Part shown: piece by piece, positions 61,091 through 64,000 of the stretch | Position numbering within the stretch: the stretch's first letter is position 1 | Layout of the letters: each line of letters starts with the position of its first letter | From: an uncultured Acidobacteriota bacterium | GTDB lineage: Bacteria > Acidobacteriota > Polarisedimenticolia > J045 | Reading direction: 5' to 3' | NCBI GenBank assembly: GCA_963702545.1 | Contig: CAVPDB010000006.1 | Coordinates: 187,594 to 251,593 of the forward strand | Length of the DNA: 64,000 bases | Notes under the pieces: generated by a model | The model's input: only the letters and a program-made list of their open reading frames with translations | The model's database searches: none | Told to the model about the DNA's origin: nothing | Made by a program: the position numbers and the translations under genes

Positions 61091-62046
61091 GTTCCCCTCC
61101 GCTCCAGGGCCCAGACCAGGAACAGTCCGAGCAGGCTCCATCCGAGCGCCGTCTTCAGCACTGCCGGAGTCTCCACGGCCGGCGAGACGAACGCTTCGAC
61201 CAGTCCGAGTACGACGAACCACGGGACCGTCCCCAGCATCAACTGCACCGAGCGGCGGCCCGCCGCGGCGAAGCCGGCCGCCCGGTTCGGCAGGGCGGGC
61301 TCGATCGCGCCGCGGGCGAGTAGCAGCCCGGCAGCGCTCGCGACGATGATCAGCGACAGCTCCAGCGGGCCGTGGGCGGCGATGAACGTCGCGAGCCGCG
61401 GAGTCATTCCCGACTGGCCCGTGGCGACGAAGATGCTGCCGAGCATCATCCCGTTCTGTGCCAGCAGGTACACCGTCGGGAGCCCGGCGAGTGCCCCGCC
61501 GGCCCAGGCGAAGAGCGCGACGCCGATGTTGTTGCTGAAGATCGCCGAGGAGAGCAACGCCGGCGGCGCCATCCGAAAGACCTGGTCGACCCAGAACTCC
61601 CCGTCCCGCAGCGACTCGAGCGTCTCCTGTCCAAGAAACAAGGCCGCGAACTCCGGCCGCACCGCCGTGATCGTCGCGCCGAGCAGGACCGCCCCAAGGA
61701 AGATCGCCGATGCGATCCCCAGCTCGGCGGACGCGGCGCGGAACACCTGCGCGTAGCCGCCGCCGAGGAAGAAGCGGCGGAGCCGTGGCAGCACCGCCTC
61801 CTCGCGCCGGCCGAGGGTGCGGTGGCCGGCGAAGGCGAGCGCACGCAACCGCGCCTCGGCCGCGGTTCCAGGGAAATGAGTGCGCGCGAAGGCGAAGTCC
61901 GAAACGACCCGACGGTGGACGGCGGCGAGCCGCTCCAGCTCGGCGTGGTGGAGGCCGGCCAGTCCGGCGCGGCGCGCGCGGGTGAGCAGCGTCTCCGCCG
62001 CGTCCCACTCCTCACGCCCGCGCTCGAGGAATGCCCGGTAGTCCAT
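61087..62046 (-). CDS. Stage II sporulation protein M (SpoIIM/DUF95) family membrane protein
   Basis: IFSNNIGVALFAWAGG, NGMMLG, IAAHGPLEL, GLVEAFVSP. Confidence 0.9.
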   Translation of the reverse strand: MDYRAFLERGREEWDAAETLLTRARRAGLAGLHHAELERLAAVHRRVVSDFAFARTHFPGTAAEARLRALAFAGHRTLGRREEAVLPRLRRFFLGGGYAQVFRAASAELGIASAIFLGAVLLGATITAVRPEFAALFLGQETLESLRDGEFWVDQVFRMAPPALLSSAIFSNNIGVALFAWAGGALAGLPTVYLLAQNGMMLGSIFVATGQSGMTPRLATFIAAHGPLELSLIIVASAAGLLLARGAIEPALPNRAAGFAAAGRRSVQLMLGTVPWFVVLGLVEAFVSPAVETPAVLKTALGWSLLGLFLVWALERRGT

Positions 62047-62053
62047 CCACGCC

Positions 62054-62770
62054 TCAGTTTGCGCCGCGGACGAAGAGCCGCTCGATCGTCTCCCAGGCCG
62101 TCTCGCCGAGTGGGGCCGCGCCGACGAACTCGGCGTGGTCGCGCTGCAGCCAGAGCAGAAGCTGCGAGGCGAGCTGCTCGCGGCGGTCAGGGAGCAGCGT
62201 CGCCGATCGCGCGAGGAACCCCTCGACCAGCGCGACGTCCTGCGGCCGGAATCGCTCCGGCCAGCGGTGCGAATCGAGCGCAGCGACGCGGCGCGCCTCG
62301 CGCACGACGACCGTCCCCGCGGCGAGGTCGCCGAGCCGCTTCTGGTGCCGGTTCAGGAACATCACCACGAGCCCGACCCCGTAGGCCGCGGGGAGAAAGT
62401 CGATCGGCCGCAGGAGGTTCCGGACGATCGATGCGAGCGGGCCGATCTCTCCGCCATCGTCGCGCACGACGCGCAGGGAAAGGACGCGCTTGCCCGGCGA
62501 CTGCCCTCCCAGCGCCAGTTCGAAGGCGATGAAGTAAGCCCAGGGGAGTGCGAGCACGAGGATCGGCAGCAGGACCAGCGGTCCAGGCGACCCCAGCCCG
62601 AAGGAAAGCTGGGCGATCGCGAGGACCGCCACGACGGCCAGCGCACCGAGCAGCAGGAGGTCGAGCGCCTGGGCCAACGCCCGGGTCCCGATTCCTGCCA
62701 GCGGCAAGTCGAGCGTGACGTCGAGTTCGGCGAGAAAGCGGCCGTCGCCGTCGGGGAGCGGGGCAGCCAT
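62054..62770 (-). CDS. RDD family protein
   Basis: LAGIGTRALAQALD, YFIAFE...GQSPGKRVLSLRVV, VRNLLRPIDFLP, QKRLGDLAAGTVVV; ATG 62770. Confidence 0.9.
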   Translation of the reverse strand: MAAPLPDGDGRFLAELDVTLDLPLAGIGTRALAQALDLLLLGALAVVAVLAIAQLSFGLGSPGPLVLLPILVLALPWAYFIAFELALGGQSPGKRVLSLRVVRDDGGEIGPLASIVRNLLRPIDFLPAAYGVGLVVMFLNRHQKRLGDLAAGTVVVREARRVAALDSHRWPERFRPQDVALVEGFLARSATLLPDRREQLASQLLLWLQRDHAEFVGAAPLGETAWETIERLFVRGAN

Positions 62771-62776
62771 GGCGGC

Positions 62777-62785
62777 ATGATACCA
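62777..62785 (-). promoter_or_regulatory. Extended -10 promoter giving a probably leaderless RDD/MoxR operon transcript
   Basis: Minus strand TG-G-TATCAT-GCCGCC-ATG; no Shine-Dalgarno. Confidence 0.5.
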
Positions 62786-62946
62786 GCGGTTGGGTGCCGG
62801 CCCGACCGGCTCAAGAGTGCACCCGGTGACCACCGCGTCGAAGCGCTGCTTCGCGAGCGCGTCCAGCGCCTCCCTTCCCTGGGAGCAGGCGGCAGCTCGC
62901 GTAGCGGCGGCGGCCCCGACGGCCGCGTCCATGCGGCTCGGCGGCC

Positions 62947-64000
62947 TCAGCAGCCGACGGTGCAGTGCGTCGCCACGAGCTTCAGGGGGACGCCGGGCGG
63001 GGCGGGACGGGAGAGGAACAGGAACGTCTGGCCGGCGTTCTCGTCCTCGCTGGCCTCGAGCAGGAGATCGGCCCGGCCGTCTCCATCCAGATCGCCGACC
63101 CAGGAAACACTCCACGGCTCCGGGTCCCCGGAGAACCCGGTCTCGGCGGCGAAAAGCGTCTGCGATCCGCCCGGCAGAGTGGAGTTCGATCCGGAACCCC
63201 GACTCCCCGGTCCGAACCCGCCGGACCTCGAGGTCCTCCGTCCCGTACCGGAGCGGCGCGACGCCACCGCGAACCGGCAAGACCGTCCCTTCCGTCAGCG
63301 CACGCGCTGTCAGTCCCGCCACGTTCCGCAGGAATGCCAAGGGCTCTTCGCAGCCGCGGGCCACGGCCTCTGCGCCCGTCTCTTCCGACGCTGCGTCGAG
63401 AACCGCGTCGTGCACGAGCCGGATGGAGACAGGCACCTGCTTCAGCTCCCGCCTCCCCTTCGGACCGCAGATCGCCCACCACGCGCCGTCGGCGTTCAGC
63501 GGGACCTCGCTTCCGTGATGCGGGCCCGGCAGCAGGAGCTGCGGCGGCTCGCCTTCCAGCTTCGCTTCGCGCCAGAGGCGCCAGGTCTCGGCGTCGAGGC
63601 CGAAGTCGCGCTCGGTGAGCTCCTTCAGCGCCGCGGCGGCGGATTTCCGCTGCGCGGGCGGGCCGCTCTCCAGGGCCGCGATCAGCATCGGAACGAGAAC
63701 GCGCGGCGTGGGGCCGCACAGCAGAAGGGTCCTCTTGGCCGCCTCGCGGACCTCGGGCTGCTCGTCCGCCATCCCCGCGAGGAGGAACGGGACGCGGTCG
63801 CCGGGCACGGCGATCCGGGTGTCGAGCAGGACCGTGAGGCTGCCCCGGCGGGCGATCGGGTCCGCCAGGGCATCGAGCAGGGCGGTCCGGATCAACGGGT
63901 CCTGCTCCCAGTCGTAGAGGCGGCCGACGGCCGACGCGTCCCTTTCGTTTCCGCTGGCGAGCAGGGAGCGGATGCGCTGCGCCTTCGCGGACGCATCCAG
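62947..64000 (-). CDS. HEAT-repeat protein with C-terminal beta domain, 5'-partial (frameshift near 63160)
   Basis: Frame is open to the window edge; DEQPEVREAAKRTL, LIAALE...RKSAAAALKELTERDFGLDAETWRLW; the C-terminus WVGDLDGDGRADLLL...TVGC is in the frame ending at 62947. Confidence 0.65.

Noticed and set aside
62947-62965. C-terminal HCTVGC of the HEAT protein as another CP-module member
   Set aside because: It ends in GC, not CP, and lacks the upstream aromatic-YL and G-x-x-G elements.
62054-63895. 613-aa HEAT-RDD fusion ORF in the track
   Set aside because: It is produced by a frameshift near 63160. The HEAT gene ends at 62947 in another frame and RDD has its own promoter-like element and ATG at 62770.

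Overview
A very GC-rich bacterial chromosomal segment with about 43 genes. Gene content (Ser/Thr kinase-TPR proteins, orphan pilin, Cys/Asp-rich secreted proteins, outer-membrane proteins) suggests a diderm such as Acidobacteriota; this is inference only. I found no rRNA, tRNA, CRISPR array or recognisable mobile element. In order: the 3' end of a sigma-54 activator; a sigma-54-driven microprotein; a HybA-like Fe-S protein plus an NrfD/HybB protein fused to a triheme cytochrome c; a sulfatase-like/GT39/GT4 envelope cluster; a beta-propeller-SpoIIE sensor phosphatase; two S8 proteases; a cryptic M64 peptidase gene coupled to a Ser/Thr kinase; several large secreted repeat proteins; a DUF2911-bshC-bshB1-bshA-secreted PIG-L-microprotein-sodium:solute symporter operon; TetR; OmpA; pilin; a second kinase; an outer-membrane barrel with a divergent AsmA-like protein; an oxidoreductase; a serine hydrolase; a Tat-signal Mn-SOD; and an RDD-SpoIIM-DUF4129-DUF4350-MoxR-DUF58 operon. 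Many genes carry single-base frameshifts that look like long-read consensus errors. The best leads are: (1) four unrelated secreted proteins share a C-terminal module ending in Cys-Pro-stop, a candidate sorting or anchoring domain; (2) the bacillithiol genes sit inside an export/deacetylase/uptake module; (3) a stand-alone 67-aa peptide with a LEPR-XLL-like N-terminus behind a GGA-rich leader; (4) an Fe-S/NrfD-cytochrome redox module with no catalytic subunit. Family calls come from motif recognition by eye, not from database searches.
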